NCBI GenBank assembly: GCA_012729715.1
Contig: JAAYCQ010000147.1
Span: forward strand, 1,624-65,623
Direction of reading: 5' to 3'
Origin: Syntrophomonadaceae bacterium
Lineage (GTDB): Bacteria; Bacillota; Syntrophomonadia; Syntrophomonadales; Syntrophomonadaceae
DNA: 64,000 bases
In this document: in pieces, positions 16,499-25,939 of the stretch
How positions within the stretch are numbered: the stretch's first letter is position 1
Layout of the letters: each line of letters opens with the position of its first letter
Translations under genes and position numbers: made by a program
The notes under the pieces: model-generated
Databases searched by the model: none
What the model was told of the DNA's origin: nothing
Seen by the model: the letters and a program-made list of their open reading frames with translations, nothing else

Positions 16499-17680
16499 AT
16501 GGGAAATAATATTCGTTCCATCATTATTTTATTTTTTATTTTGTTTCTGGTTATGGTTGGCTTTGGTATCATCATCCCTATAATGCCGTTTTTTCTTACC
16601 TCATTAGGTGGGAATGCAAGCATTTTGGGTCTCTTTATGGCCACCTATTCCCTGATGCACTTATTGTTTGCTCCTTTCTGGGGTCGCTTATCTGATAACA
16701 TAGGCAGGCGTCCGGTAATACTTATTGGACTCTCCGGCTATGGTATTACCTTTGTCTTGTTTGGCTTTACCGACCAACTTTGGCTGATGTTTGTGGTACG
16801 AATTTTGTCTGGAGCCATTTCTTCAGCTACTCTGCCCACTGCTTTAGCTTATGTGGCTGATATCACCAGGGAAAACGAGAGGTCACAGGGTATAGGTTTA
16901 ATGACTGCGGCTATGGGATTGGGCATGATTGTGGGTCCTGCTCTGGGTGGTTGGTTAGGGCAGCAGGGATTTTCCTTGCCTTTTTTTGTAGCCGGCGGAT
17001 TAGCGCTGCTGATCTGGCCTTTTGCCCTGCTTTACCTGCCTGAAACCTTGACCCCGGCAGAATCTATACCCGAAATCATTAACCCGCCTGTTGCTGAAAT
17101 GGAGATTAATAACCCCTTATTCCTGCTATTTATATTAATTCTAATACTAAATTTTAGTACTACTATGTTTGAGGCTACCTTTGTCTTCTTTGCTGCCCAC
17201 CGGGCTGCTTTTGGGCCTAAAGAAATTGGTTTTTTATTTACCATATTGGGGGTAATCGCGGTGGTAATTCAGGGGGGGCTTATAGGCAGGTTGGCAAAAC
17301 GTTTCGGAGATATGAATCTCATGAAAGGAGGCCTGTTAATATCAGCTGCCGGTCTGATATTAATTCTATTTGCTTCTGATATGCTATCATTGCTGATTAC
17401 TTCTGCAGTTTACTATATAGGGACTTCACTAATTGGGCCCAGTTCATCATCCCTGGTAACACAATACTCCAACCAGAATCAAGGTACGTCTTTGGGGGTA
17501 ATGCAATCTTTTGGCAGCCTGGGCAGAATAGCTGGGCCTGTAGCCGGGGGGATTCTTTATGAATTTAACATTTTGATTCCTTATTTTATAGGGACACTTA
17601 TTCTAGTAATTGTTTACCTGATTATAAATTCTAACCAGCAGGTGCTGGCTTTACCCCAAACAAGTGACGGTGTAGAGTAA
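16499..17680 (+). CDS. MFS transporter (DHA1-type drug/H+ antiporter-like)
   Basis: 393 aa with about 12 TM segments and the MFS loop motif GRLSDNIGRRPV between TM2 and TM3. Confidence 0.88.
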   Translation: MGNNIRSIIILFFILFLVMVGFGIIIPIMPFFLTSLGGNASILGLFMATYSLMHLLFAPFWGRLSDNIGRRPVILIGLSGYGITFVLFGFTDQLWLMFVVRILSGAISSATLPTALAYVADITRENERSQGIGLMTAAMGLGMIVGPALGGWLGQQGFSLPFFVAGGLALLIWPFALLYLPETLTPAESIPEIINPPVAEMEINNPLFLLFILILILNFSTTMFEATFVFFAAHRAAFGPKEIGFLFTILGVIAVVIQGGLIGRLAKRFGDMNLMKGGLLISAAGLILILFASDMLSLLITSAVYYIGTSLIGPSSSSLVTQYSNQNQGTSLGVMQSFGSLGRIAGPVAGGILYEFNILIPYFIGTLILVIVYLIINSNQQVLALPQTSDGVE

Positions 17681-17791
17681 GGTTTAAGCTTCTTTAACCA
17701 AAATTTCACAATCCCCTGACCAAAGAAGTATCTAGTTTTCCTTCGTCAGCTTCCGCTATTAAAACTTGGCGTTAAATTTTTTGGGAAAACC

Positions 17792-17853
17792 TTGACAATA
17801 TATATTAAACAAGATAATTATTATTTAACACAGTCGGCCGACCGGACGACAAA
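17792..17853 (+). promoter_or_regulatory. putative promoter (TTGACA ... gataat/taatta) followed by a conserved 20-nt motif, the candidate TetR operator
   Basis: TTGACA is at 17792-17797 and an AT-rich -10 candidate lies 15-17 nt downstream. The motif tcggccgaccggacgacaaa at 17834-17853 contains the 10-bp palindrome gtcggccgac. Confidence 0.45.
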
Positions 17854-17894
17854 TACTATGGGCTAGTTTAAATTATCGATTAGGAGAGAAGAGT

Positions 17895-18470
17895 TTGAAT
17901 AAAAAAAATGAAACAACCGCGGTTAACAATCGCCAGCTCATACTGCAAATTGCCAGTCGCTTGATGATGGAGCAAGGAATAAATGATACTAGCCTGGCTG
18001 ATATCGCACGTGAGTGTGGTATTAGCAAGGGTACTTTACATTATTATTATCCCTCAAAAAGTGATTTGATATATGACATTAGTCAGGAGCATTTCACCCT
18101 TGTTAAGGGAAACCTTTTAAAATGGATTGAAAATATCAGAGGACAGACCAGTTTTTCCGAGATTCTAAAAGTTGTTTTCTGGTCCTTCCTGGAAGCCGAA
18201 ACCCGGACCAAGCTACATTTATATCTTCTACAAGAAGCAGTACTGAATAATGAGCAAATACGCCTGCGTTTTCAGGAAAGTTACAGGGAATGGCGTGCAC
18301 TTATAAAGGAAGAATTGGATATACAATTTGATTTACTAAGATTTAACGAAGATGAAGCTCGAGCCTTATCTTTTATTATAGTAGCCCTTATTGATGGTTT
18401 GATTATTCAGCGTATTATAGGGGGGGATGCCATTCCTATGGATGACATTGCAGACTACCTGGACCGCTAG
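17895..18470 (+). CDS. TetR/AcrR family transcriptional regulator
   Basis: The N-terminal HTH is TSLADIARECGISKGTLHYYYPSKSDL. It has a TTG start with RBS aggagag. Confidence 0.9.
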   Translation: MNKKNETTAVNNRQLILQIASRLMMEQGINDTSLADIARECGISKGTLHYYYPSKSDLIYDISQEHFTLVKGNLLKWIENIRGQTSFSEILKVVFWSFLEAETRTKLHLYLLQEAVLNNEQIRLRFQESYREWRALIKEELDIQFDLLRFNEDEARALSFIIVALIDGLIIQRIIGGDAIPMDDIADYLDR

Positions 18471-18495
18471 ACGGGGGCCTTTTTTTTACATTAAA

Positions 18496-18519
18496 TCGGC
18501 CGACTGACCGGACGACAAA
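18496..18519 (+). promoter_or_regulatory. second copy of the conserved motif, upstream of the aldehyde dehydrogenase gene
   Basis: Sequence tcggccgacTGACcggacgacaaa. It equals the 17834-17853 motif plus a 4-nt insertion and lies 67 nt upstream of the aldh ATG. Confidence 0.45.
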
Positions 18520-18585
18520 AGGAGGAGTAGTGAATAACCGCACCGGTTGAACAAGGCTTAAATTCAAGTAAGGGAGGAATAATTA

Positions 18586-20106
18586 ATGGCGGATATCATG
18601 GAATACCAGATGTTTATTGATGGGAACTGGACTCCTGGTTCCTCAGGTGAGATGATGGAAGTCATCAATCCAGCAAATCGGGAGGTAGTAGCAAGAGTAC
18701 CTCGTGGTAACAAGGATGATGTGGATAAAGCTTTAGCCAGTGCACGTACTACCTTTGAATCAGGTATTTGGGCCAACAAATCTGTAGATGAAAGAGCTCA
18801 GGTACTTATGGATGCTGCCATGCTGGCCGTGGCCAACAAAGACCGTTTGGCCTACCTGGAGTCTTTGACTTCTGGAGCAACTATACGGCGTACTAGCACA
18901 GTTGACGCGGCTGAAGTCAGTGCTACCCTTTTACTCTCGGCTATGATAGCCAAAGAGCTTCCCCGGGTGGAACATGCCTTCTTTTCACCGCCCTGGGTGG
19001 CTCCCATGCACAGCTACTGGAAACGTGAACCTATTGGTGTTTGTGCTGGTATAACCCCGTGGAATTTTCCTTTGATTCTTTCGATATTTAAAATTGCCCC
19101 TGCTTTGGTCATGGGCAACAGCCTGGTCATTAAACCGGCCAGCATTACCCCTGTTACCACCTTGGAGTTAGCCAAGCTACTCAGTGATGCAGGTCTTCCT
19201 CCGGGAGTTTTTAATGTTTTAACTGGTCCCGGTTCATCTGTAGGGAATTATATGGCCCAGCATCCCGAGGTTGATAAAATAGCTTTTACCGGTTCTACCG
19301 AGGTAGGGCGCCAGGTAGCACATATGGCAGCAGACAGTATTAAGCGGGTGACTCTGGAACTGGGTGGCAAATCCCCCATCATTGTGCTGGATGATGCGGA
19401 TATGGAAGTGGCGGCAAACATGTGCTTGCTGGCTTTCCTCTTTCATTCCGGACAGGTATGTGAATCCGGAACCAGACTATTTGTACCACGAAAAATGCAA
19501 GATGAGCTGGTGGAGCGAATGATAGCCAAGATTAAAAAGATGATCATCGGTGATCAGATGAATATGGAAACTGATCTGGGTCCCATAGCCAGTGATGACC
19601 AGCTTCGTACCATTATGAATTATGTCCAGATTGGTGAGAACGAAGGAGCACAACTGGCTTATGGTGGTAATCGTTTAACTACAGGATTCTATGAAAAAGG
19701 TTTTTTCTTCGAACCAACTATTTTTATAAACTGCAACAATCAAATGACCCAGGTAAGAGAAGAAATATTCGGACCAGTTCAATGCGTAATTCCCTATGAT
19801 GATGAAGAAGAAGCCATCGCCATGGCTAATGATAGTATATACGGCCTGGGTGGAGGCGTATGCAGCACCAATGCTAACCGGGCACAAAAAATCGCTTCTA
19901 GATTGCGTACCGGAACCGTTTGGATTAATACCTGGCATGTACTGCGACCGGATGCTCCTTTTGGGGGATATAAACAAAGTGGTTATGGAAGGGAATGTTG
20001 TTATCATTCGCTCTTAGCTTATAGTGAAGTAAAACATGTGTGTCAGGACTTAACCCCTGATGGTTCGGAAAAGCTGCTCAACCTTTTGATTGGTTCTAAT
20101 AAATAG
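18586..20106 (+). CDS. NAD(P)+-dependent aldehyde dehydrogenase
   Basis: 506 aa. It has an ELGGKSP glutamate motif, FxxxGQVCxxGTR catalytic Cys context (FHSGQVCESGTR) and EEIFGPV. Confidence 0.92.
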   Translation: MADIMEYQMFIDGNWTPGSSGEMMEVINPANREVVARVPRGNKDDVDKALASARTTFESGIWANKSVDERAQVLMDAAMLAVANKDRLAYLESLTSGATIRRTSTVDAAEVSATLLLSAMIAKELPRVEHAFFSPPWVAPMHSYWKREPIGVCAGITPWNFPLILSIFKIAPALVMGNSLVIKPASITPVTTLELAKLLSDAGLPPGVFNVLTGPGSSVGNYMAQHPEVDKIAFTGSTEVGRQVAHMAADSIKRVTLELGGKSPIIVLDDADMEVAANMCLLAFLFHSGQVCESGTRLFVPRKMQDELVERMIAKIKKMIIGDQMNMETDLGPIASDDQLRTIMNYVQIGENEGAQLAYGGNRLTTGFYEKGFFFEPTIFINCNNQMTQVREEIFGPVQCVIPYDDEEEAIAMANDSIYGLGGGVCSTNANRAQKIASRLRTGTVWINTWHVLRPDAPFGGYKQSGYGRECCYHSLLAYSEVKHVCQDLTPDGSEKLLNLLIGSNK

Positions 20107-20130
20107 ATGATAGATAGGAGGGTTTTGAAG

Positions 20131-21321
20131 ATGACTATACCAAAGTATTTTGTTTGGAATTACCGTGGTACGGTCGAGGTAGGTGCAGGTTGCCGCACTT
20201 TTATACCCCAGCGTTTTGAAGAAATGGGCTGTAAACGTATTGGCCTGATTACAGATGAAGGGCTGGTTAGGGCTGGTATAGTTGATCAGGTTATGGAAAT
20301 ATTTGAGGTACAGGGTCAACCTCCAATCGTTGGCATCTATGACCGGATTGAACCTGATGCGGTAATGAGAATAATTAACGAATGTGCTCGTTGGTGCCGT
20401 GAAAATGCTGTTGATGGTCTGCTTGCAGTAGGCGGCGGCAGTGTTTTGGATTCGGTCAAAGGAGTTAAAGCCATGTTGGGTATGAAGGTTACTGATATTA
20501 GGGAAATTATGCCGGGTAATATAGGCCCTTATTTGGCTCCAATGGGAAAACCGCTAAATGTGCCGCATATAGCTATACCGACTACTGCGGGAACGGGCTC
20601 GGAGTCCTCCCCTCTGGCAGTAATTTACAACGAAGAACAAAAGGTCAAGGGGGATCTCTTACATCCTTATTTGCCTGCCGACTATGCTTTCCTGGACCCT
20701 GATTTTACAGTTGGATTACCGCCAAAGATGACAGCCGATACCGGATTTGATGCTTTATCCCATGCAGTTGAAGCAATTAGTTCTCCAGGTAGCAACTGTA
20801 TGATTGATGCTTTATCGGTGCAGGCAATTAAGTTAATCCGGAAATATCTGCCTTTGGCAGTGGAAAATGGCACTAATCTAGAAGCTCGTACCAAGATGTT
20901 GGTTGCCAGTAATATGGCTATTATGGCATTTGCCATGTCCGGATTATTCTATCCTATTCATAATGTAGCTCACGCAGTTGGTGGACAGCTTCGTATCCCC
21001 CATGGTGAAGCAAACGCAGTGCTGATACCAATACTGATGGAACAATACCCTAAGCATTATCTGCCTAATGCCGAAGTATTAGCTGATGCCTTTGGTATCG
21101 ACCTGGTAAGCAAAACAAACGAAGAACTGGTAGAGGCTTGTGCTAAAGCGGTACGGGTGCTCCAAAAGAGTTGTGGAGTAGCCCGGGTATTTTCGCAGAA
21201 ACTTGATGCCCAGACTGCTGAATTGATGTTCTGGGCGATCAAAATGGATCCAGCGGGTATATTCTATCCCCTACCGGATTCAACCATAAAAGAGTGCATC
21301 CAATGTAGTTTTAATCAATAA
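20131..21321 (+). CDS. iron-containing (group III) alcohol dehydrogenase
   Basis: Contains GGGSVLDSVK and IPTTAGTGSE motifs and a His-rich metal site (HAVEA, HNVAHAVGG). The start was moved to ATG 20131, which has RBS aggaggg upstream. Confidence 0.9.
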   Translation: MTIPKYFVWNYRGTVEVGAGCRTFIPQRFEEMGCKRIGLITDEGLVRAGIVDQVMEIFEVQGQPPIVGIYDRIEPDAVMRIINECARWCRENAVDGLLAVGGGSVLDSVKGVKAMLGMKVTDIREIMPGNIGPYLAPMGKPLNVPHIAIPTTAGTGSESSPLAVIYNEEQKVKGDLLHPYLPADYAFLDPDFTVGLPPKMTADTGFDALSHAVEAISSPGSNCMIDALSVQAIKLIRKYLPLAVENGTNLEARTKMLVASNMAIMAFAMSGLFYPIHNVAHAVGGQLRIPHGEANAVLIPILMEQYPKHYLPNAEVLADAFGIDLVSKTNEELVEACAKAVRVLQKSCGVARVFSQKLDAQTAELMFWAIKMDPAGIFYPLPDSTIKECIQCSFNQ

Positions 21322-21725
21322 ATATTATAACCATCGCCTGCTCGTGGATTATTTCCCGGGCAGGCAATGGATGAATTCTGTTCTTTATTTATTGCTTATG
21401 CTTAAGCCCCTCTAAGTTACACCTCGAATACTTCTATTTCTGCATAATTTCCTGAACAGTATATGCTTTTTTTACCCTATACCGTGAAATAATCGAATAT
21501 TAACAAAGAATTAACACAAATGTGCGACATATTTGTATTATAATAAAATATCAATATCAAAACTTGGTATTTTAATTCTTAATTCTCAATTAAAACTAAT
21601 CCCTGATATACGATGGTATATATTTTAAACATATAATACCTAAATATCCTGCTATATACGGTTGTAACCATACAGCTAGTAAGCTTATAGTAAAGGGGTA
21701 AGGGGCAAGGAAAGGAGCGAAGTTT

Positions 21726-22298
21726 GTGGAAAGCACTATTAAATTGACACCTCTAACCGAGCATGACCAGGTTTTGTTGGATAAAATCGAAAAAGAAGCC
21801 GGAACCAGCATCAACCTTTGCTACCAGTGCGGAAAATGTTCGGCCGGTTGTCCGGTAGGGTTTGCCATGGATTATACCCCCAGACAGGTTATCCGGCTGC
21901 TGCAGTTGGGTCTGGTTAATGAGGCGTTAAGTGCAGAGAGCATATGGATTTGTGCCAGTTGTGAAACCTGTTCCGCACGTTGTCCCCGGGGAGTAGATAT
22001 TGCTTCTCTAATGGATACCTTAAGACGGGAAGCACTGGACCGGGGTATAATCAACGATAAAAAAGTAGCCGTGTTTAACCAGGCCTTCCTGGCTGGGGTC
22101 AGAAATTTTGGTCGAACCTATGAAGCTGGATTATTACTTACCCATAACTTAAAGACTATGCAGCCTTTTAAAGATGCTGAACTGGGACTGCCCATGATGA
22201 GCCGGGGTAAGGTTCACCTGTTCCCCGCTAAAATCAAGGGCCGGGAACAGGTAAAGAAAATATTTGAACGTGCCGAAAAAATGAGGGGTGAACAGTAA
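21726..22298 (+). CDS. hdrC: heterodisulfide reductase subunit C-like protein
   Basis: Two CxxCxxCxxxCP ferredoxin motifs (CYQCGKCSAGCP and CASCETCSARCP). GTG start with RBS aaggagc. Confidence 0.88.
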   Translation: MESTIKLTPLTEHDQVLLDKIEKEAGTSINLCYQCGKCSAGCPVGFAMDYTPRQVIRLLQLGLVNEALSAESIWICASCETCSARCPRGVDIASLMDTLRREALDRGIINDKKVAVFNQAFLAGVRNFGRTYEAGLLLTHNLKTMQPFKDAELGLPMMSRGKVHLFPAKIKGREQVKKIFERAEKMRGEQ

Positions 22299-23513
22299 AT
22301 GAAACTGGCCTATTATCCTGGTTGTTCTTCGGAAGGCAGTGCTATTGAATATGACCTTTCCACTAAAAAAACTGCCCGCATGTTGGAGATTGACCTTCAG
22401 GAACTGGAAGACTGGAATTGCTGTGGGGCCACCTCGGCCCATAATACCAACAAACTATTAGCCGGGTCTTTGCCTGCTCGTAATCTGGCCATTGCCGAGC
22501 AGAATGGAATGGACACCATTCTGGCTCCCTGTGCCGCCTGTTACAACCGCCTGCATAGTACCGAACTGGCCGCACGTAAAGATAATGCTTTGCGGGAGAA
22601 GATTCAGGAAGTTATCGATATGGATTTTAAAGCCCTTACCACCACTATCTCAGTCCTGGAATGGCTGGATAATAAGGTAGGTATAGATAAAATAAAAGCC
22701 AAAGTGAGCAATCCTTTAAAAGGAATGAAAGCCGCCTGTTACTACGGCTGCTTATTGGTGAGGCCGGCTGAACATACCGGTTTTGACGATACTGAAGACC
22801 CGCAGAGTATGGATCGGATAGTCAGGGCTCTGGGAGCACAAACCGTAGACTGGCCTTATAAAGTAGAATGTTGTGGAGCTGCCCTGGCTACTTCCCGGCC
22901 GGAAATAGGGGCTAAAATGATTTATGAGGTAATTGCCAATGCCAAAGCTGCGGGAGCCGAGTGTCTGGTTACCGCCTGCCCGCTGTGCATGCTTAACCTG
23001 GACATGCGCCAGGCCGGGACTGAGAAGATGTTTAAGGAAAAATTAAACCTGCCGGTTTACTATGTAACCGAACTGGTAGCTATAGCCGGCGGTGCCAGTC
23101 CAGCAGAGGTAGGCGTAGGGAAACACTTTGTGGAAGCTATAAGCTATCTGCAATCCCTGCCCGCCCGGGCAGCAGAGATGGAAGCAGCAGAGCCCCGGCC
23201 GGTTAAAAAAGCCGCTAAAGCCGAGCCGGATGACAGTGATGGAGAAGCGGTTGCCAGTGAAGATGCCGAAGCCCTGCAGAAAAAGATAGATGCTATGATT
23301 AAAGGATTTAACAAAAACCCGGACAAAATGGCAGCTCGACTAATCGAAGACGAGGAAAGGGCAAAAGTACTGGTCGAAGTAATAAGCGGAGACGAGAAAA
23401 AAACCGCCCGCCTGGCTGAGCTAATGGTGACCGATAAAGAAAAAGCTACCAAAGCCGCAGAAGCCTTCGTCACCGGGGAGCTGAAGAAGAGAGAAAAAGA
23501 GAGTAAGGGTTAA
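22299..23513 (+). CDS. hdrB: heterodisulfide reductase subunit B-like protein with a C-terminal extension of about 115 aa
   Basis: Two CCG domains (WNCCGA..C..CY and VECCGA..CPLC). The last 115 aa or so are A/E/K-rich low complexity. Confidence 0.88.
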   Translation: MKLAYYPGCSSEGSAIEYDLSTKKTARMLEIDLQELEDWNCCGATSAHNTNKLLAGSLPARNLAIAEQNGMDTILAPCAACYNRLHSTELAARKDNALREKIQEVIDMDFKALTTTISVLEWLDNKVGIDKIKAKVSNPLKGMKAACYYGCLLVRPAEHTGFDDTEDPQSMDRIVRALGAQTVDWPYKVECCGAALATSRPEIGAKMIYEVIANAKAAGAECLVTACPLCMLNLDMRQAGTEKMFKEKLNLPVYYVTELVAIAGGASPAEVGVGKHFVEAISYLQSLPARAAEMEAAEPRPVKKAAKAEPDDSDGEAVASEDAEALQKKIDAMIKGFNKNPDKMAARLIEDEERAKVLVEVISGDEKKTARLAELMVTDKEKATKAAEAFVTGELKKREKESKG

Positions 23514-23528
23514 GGAGGGAGAAGGAAA

Positions 23529-25514
23529 ATGAGCAAACGGGTGGGGGTATTCGTATGTGAATGCGGAACCAACATAGCTTCCGTAGTAGATACGGCCCGG
23601 GTTGCCGAGGAAGCCGGTAAATTCCCCGGAGTTGCATTTGCCACTACTTATAAATATATGTGCTCCGATCCCGGACAGGAGTTAATCCGGAAATCCATCG
23701 AAGAACAAAAGCTGGAACAGGTAGTAGTAGCTTCCTGTTCGCCCCGCATGCACGAAAACACTTTCCGCAAAGCCGTCGCAGCGGGAGGTATTAACCCCTA
23801 TTTATTTGAGATGGTCAACATCCGGGAACAGGATTCCTGGGTTCATAGCGACCGGGAAGAGGCTACTCGCAAGGCTATAGACCTGGTTAAAATGGGAGTT
23901 AGCAAAGTCTTGCGCAACCAGCCCCTGCAGATTTCTACCATCCCTGTTACCAAGAGAGCCCTGGTAATAGGAGGCGGCATAGCAGGAATGCAGGCTGCTC
24001 TGGACATTGCTGAAGGGGGGCACCAGGTCATACTGGTAGAAAGAGAGGCCAGCATTGGCGGGAAAATGACCCAGCTGGATAAGACCTTTCCCACCATGGA
24101 CTGCGCCGCCTGAATAGGCACTCCCAAGATGGTTGCTGTGGCGCAGCACCCTAACATTGAACTGATAACTTATGCTGAGGTAACTGGTGTTACCGGTTAT
24201 ATTGGCAATTTTAACGTAACTATTAAGAAAAAGCCTAAATATGTAGACTGGGATCTCTGTACCGGTTGTGGTACCTGTATAGAAAAATGCCCAACCAAAA
24301 AGATTAAAGATGAGTTTGAACTGGGGCTGGGCCTGAGGACTTCCATTCATATGGTTTATCCCCAGGCGGTACCGGGTAAACCCTTTATAGATGCTGACAA
24401 CTGTACCAAACTGACTAAAAATAAGTGCGGTGTTTGTGAGAAGGTATGCCCAACCAAAGCCATTAAGTTTGACGATAAGGAAGAATTTATAAACAAAGAA
24501 GTGGGAGCCATAGTGATGGCTACCGGTTATGACCTGTTTAACTGGGAAGAAGCTTACGGGGAATACGGATATGGCAAATACCCGGACGTAATCAGCGGCT
24601 TACATTTTGAACGGCTGGTAAGCGCTGGAGGACCTACCGGAGGTAAAATTAAGCGGCCATCAGATGGCAAGGAACCAAAAAGCGTGGCCTTTATTAAATG
24701 TGTAGGTTCCCGGGATGATACCAAGGGTAAAAGCTACTGTTCCCGTGCCTGCTGTATGTATACCGCCAAACATGCTTATCAGGTGAAGGATAAAATACCG
24801 GACAGTGAAGCTTATGTATTTTATATGGACGTACGTACCGCGGGAAAGAACTATGAAGAATTTTATCAGCGCGCCCTGAATGCTGGGGCTCGATATATAA
24901 GGGGACGGGTAAGTAAAATCTACCCCCGCGGAGACCGCCTGGTGTTAAAGTCTGAAGACAGCCTGCTCGGTCGACCGGTAGAAGTAGAAGCCGATATGGT
25001 GGTACTGGCTACGGCCATGGTTCCTGCTGCCGGGTCTGATGAACTGGCGCGGACTGTAGGTTTTTCCATGGACAAGGACGGTTTCTACCAGGAAGCTCAC
25101 CCCAAATTACAACCGGTAGAGACTTTTGCTGCCGGGGTATTCCTGGCTGGAACCTGCCAGGGACCTAAGGATATACCAGATACAGTGGCTCAGGCCAGTG
25201 GAGCGGCAGCTAAAGTTCTGGGATTACTGAGCAAGACCAGGCTGGCTACCGAGCCTATGGTATCTGAAGTTGATATTAATAAATGTTCCGGTTGTGGCTT
25301 ATGTGTTCCGATTTGTCCTTACAATGCCATTACTCTGGAGGAAATTCAGGAGCGGGGTCATCATGGGCCTATTACTCGTAATGTAGCCGTGGTCAACAGC
25401 AGTCTTTGCCAGGGATGTGGGGCCTGTGTCCCCGCCTGCCGGACTGCCGCCCTGAATACCAAGGGCTTTACCGACGATCAACTGGTAGCGGAGGTGGATG
25501 CAATATGTCTATAG
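23529..25514 (+). CDS. hdrA: heterodisulfide reductase subunit A-like flavoprotein, with in-frame UGA at 24111-24113 read as selenocysteine
   Basis: ORFs 23529-24113 and 24129-25514 are in the same frame with only TGA between them. The joined sequence reads FPTMDCAA-U-IGTPKMV. This matches my recollection of the HdrA motif FPTxDCxxC(I/L)xxPK, with Cys at that position. FAD motif VIGGGIAGMQAA and four ferredoxin-type Cys clusters are present. Confidence 0.85.
24131..24150 (+). promoter_or_regulatory. candidate bacterial SECIS hairpin for hdrA
   Basis: Structure ggt(t)gctg-tggcg-cagcacc: a 7-bp stem with one bulge and a G-rich 5-nt loop. It starts 17 nt after the UGA. Confidence 0.55.
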
Positions 25515-25939
25515 ATAGTAAAACCAGCTGGCAGCCCCGGATAATTGTTTTTGCCTGTAATTGGTGTACCTATGCGGCAGCTGACCTGGCCGGTTTAAAC
25601 CATTTACAGTACCCGGCTGATGTCAGGATTATCCGCACCCCTTGCTCGGGGCGCATGGACCCTATGCTGGTAATGCGGGCCTTTAACCGGGGAGCCGATG
25701 GGGTTTTATTATCCGGGTGACACCCGGGCGAATGCCACTATGGTAGTGGCAATTACTATAACCGCCGCCGCCACACGATTATGAAAAGCCTCCTGGAATA
25801 TGTCGGAGTGGAGCCGGCGAGGTACCAGACTGCCTGGATATCAGGTGCAGAAGGGTTAAAATTTCAACAGACCATGCAGAAACTGGTTGATGATGTTAAG
25901 ACCCTGGGACCGAACAGAAAGCTGAGGGATGCCAGATGA
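25505..25939 (+). CDS. flxD: MvhD/FlxD-like [2Fe-2S] protein, with in-frame UGA at 25718-25720 read as selenocysteine
   Basis: The frame continues after the TGA as HPGECHYGSGNYYNRRR...WISGAEG. This gives LLSG-U-HPGECHY, which matches the MvhD motif SGCHxGDCHY. The start ATG 25505 overlaps the hdrA stop. The true stop TGA at 25937-25939 overlaps the next start (ATGA). Confidence 0.85.
25734..25750 (+). promoter_or_regulatory. candidate bacterial SECIS hairpin for flxD
   Basis: Structure gccacta-tgg-tagtggc: a perfect 7-bp stem starting 13 nt after the UGA. Confidence 0.6.

Noticed and set aside
21322-21725. Rex (NADH-sensing repressor) operator upstream of hdrC.
   Set aside because: I looked for TTGTGAA-N4-6-TTCACAA-like dyads. 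I found only a weak half-site (gtgaaataatcgaat, about 21483-21497) and an unrelated dyad acaaat-N9-atttgt (21516-21536). Neither is convincing enough to call.
25406-25504. The upstream part of ORF 25406-25720 as the start of the MvhD-like protein.
   Set aside because: This stretch is the alternate frame of the hdrA 3' end. The MvhD homology begins at MSIDSKTSWQPRIIVFAC (ATG 25505), which overlaps the hdrA stop in the usual coupled arrangement.
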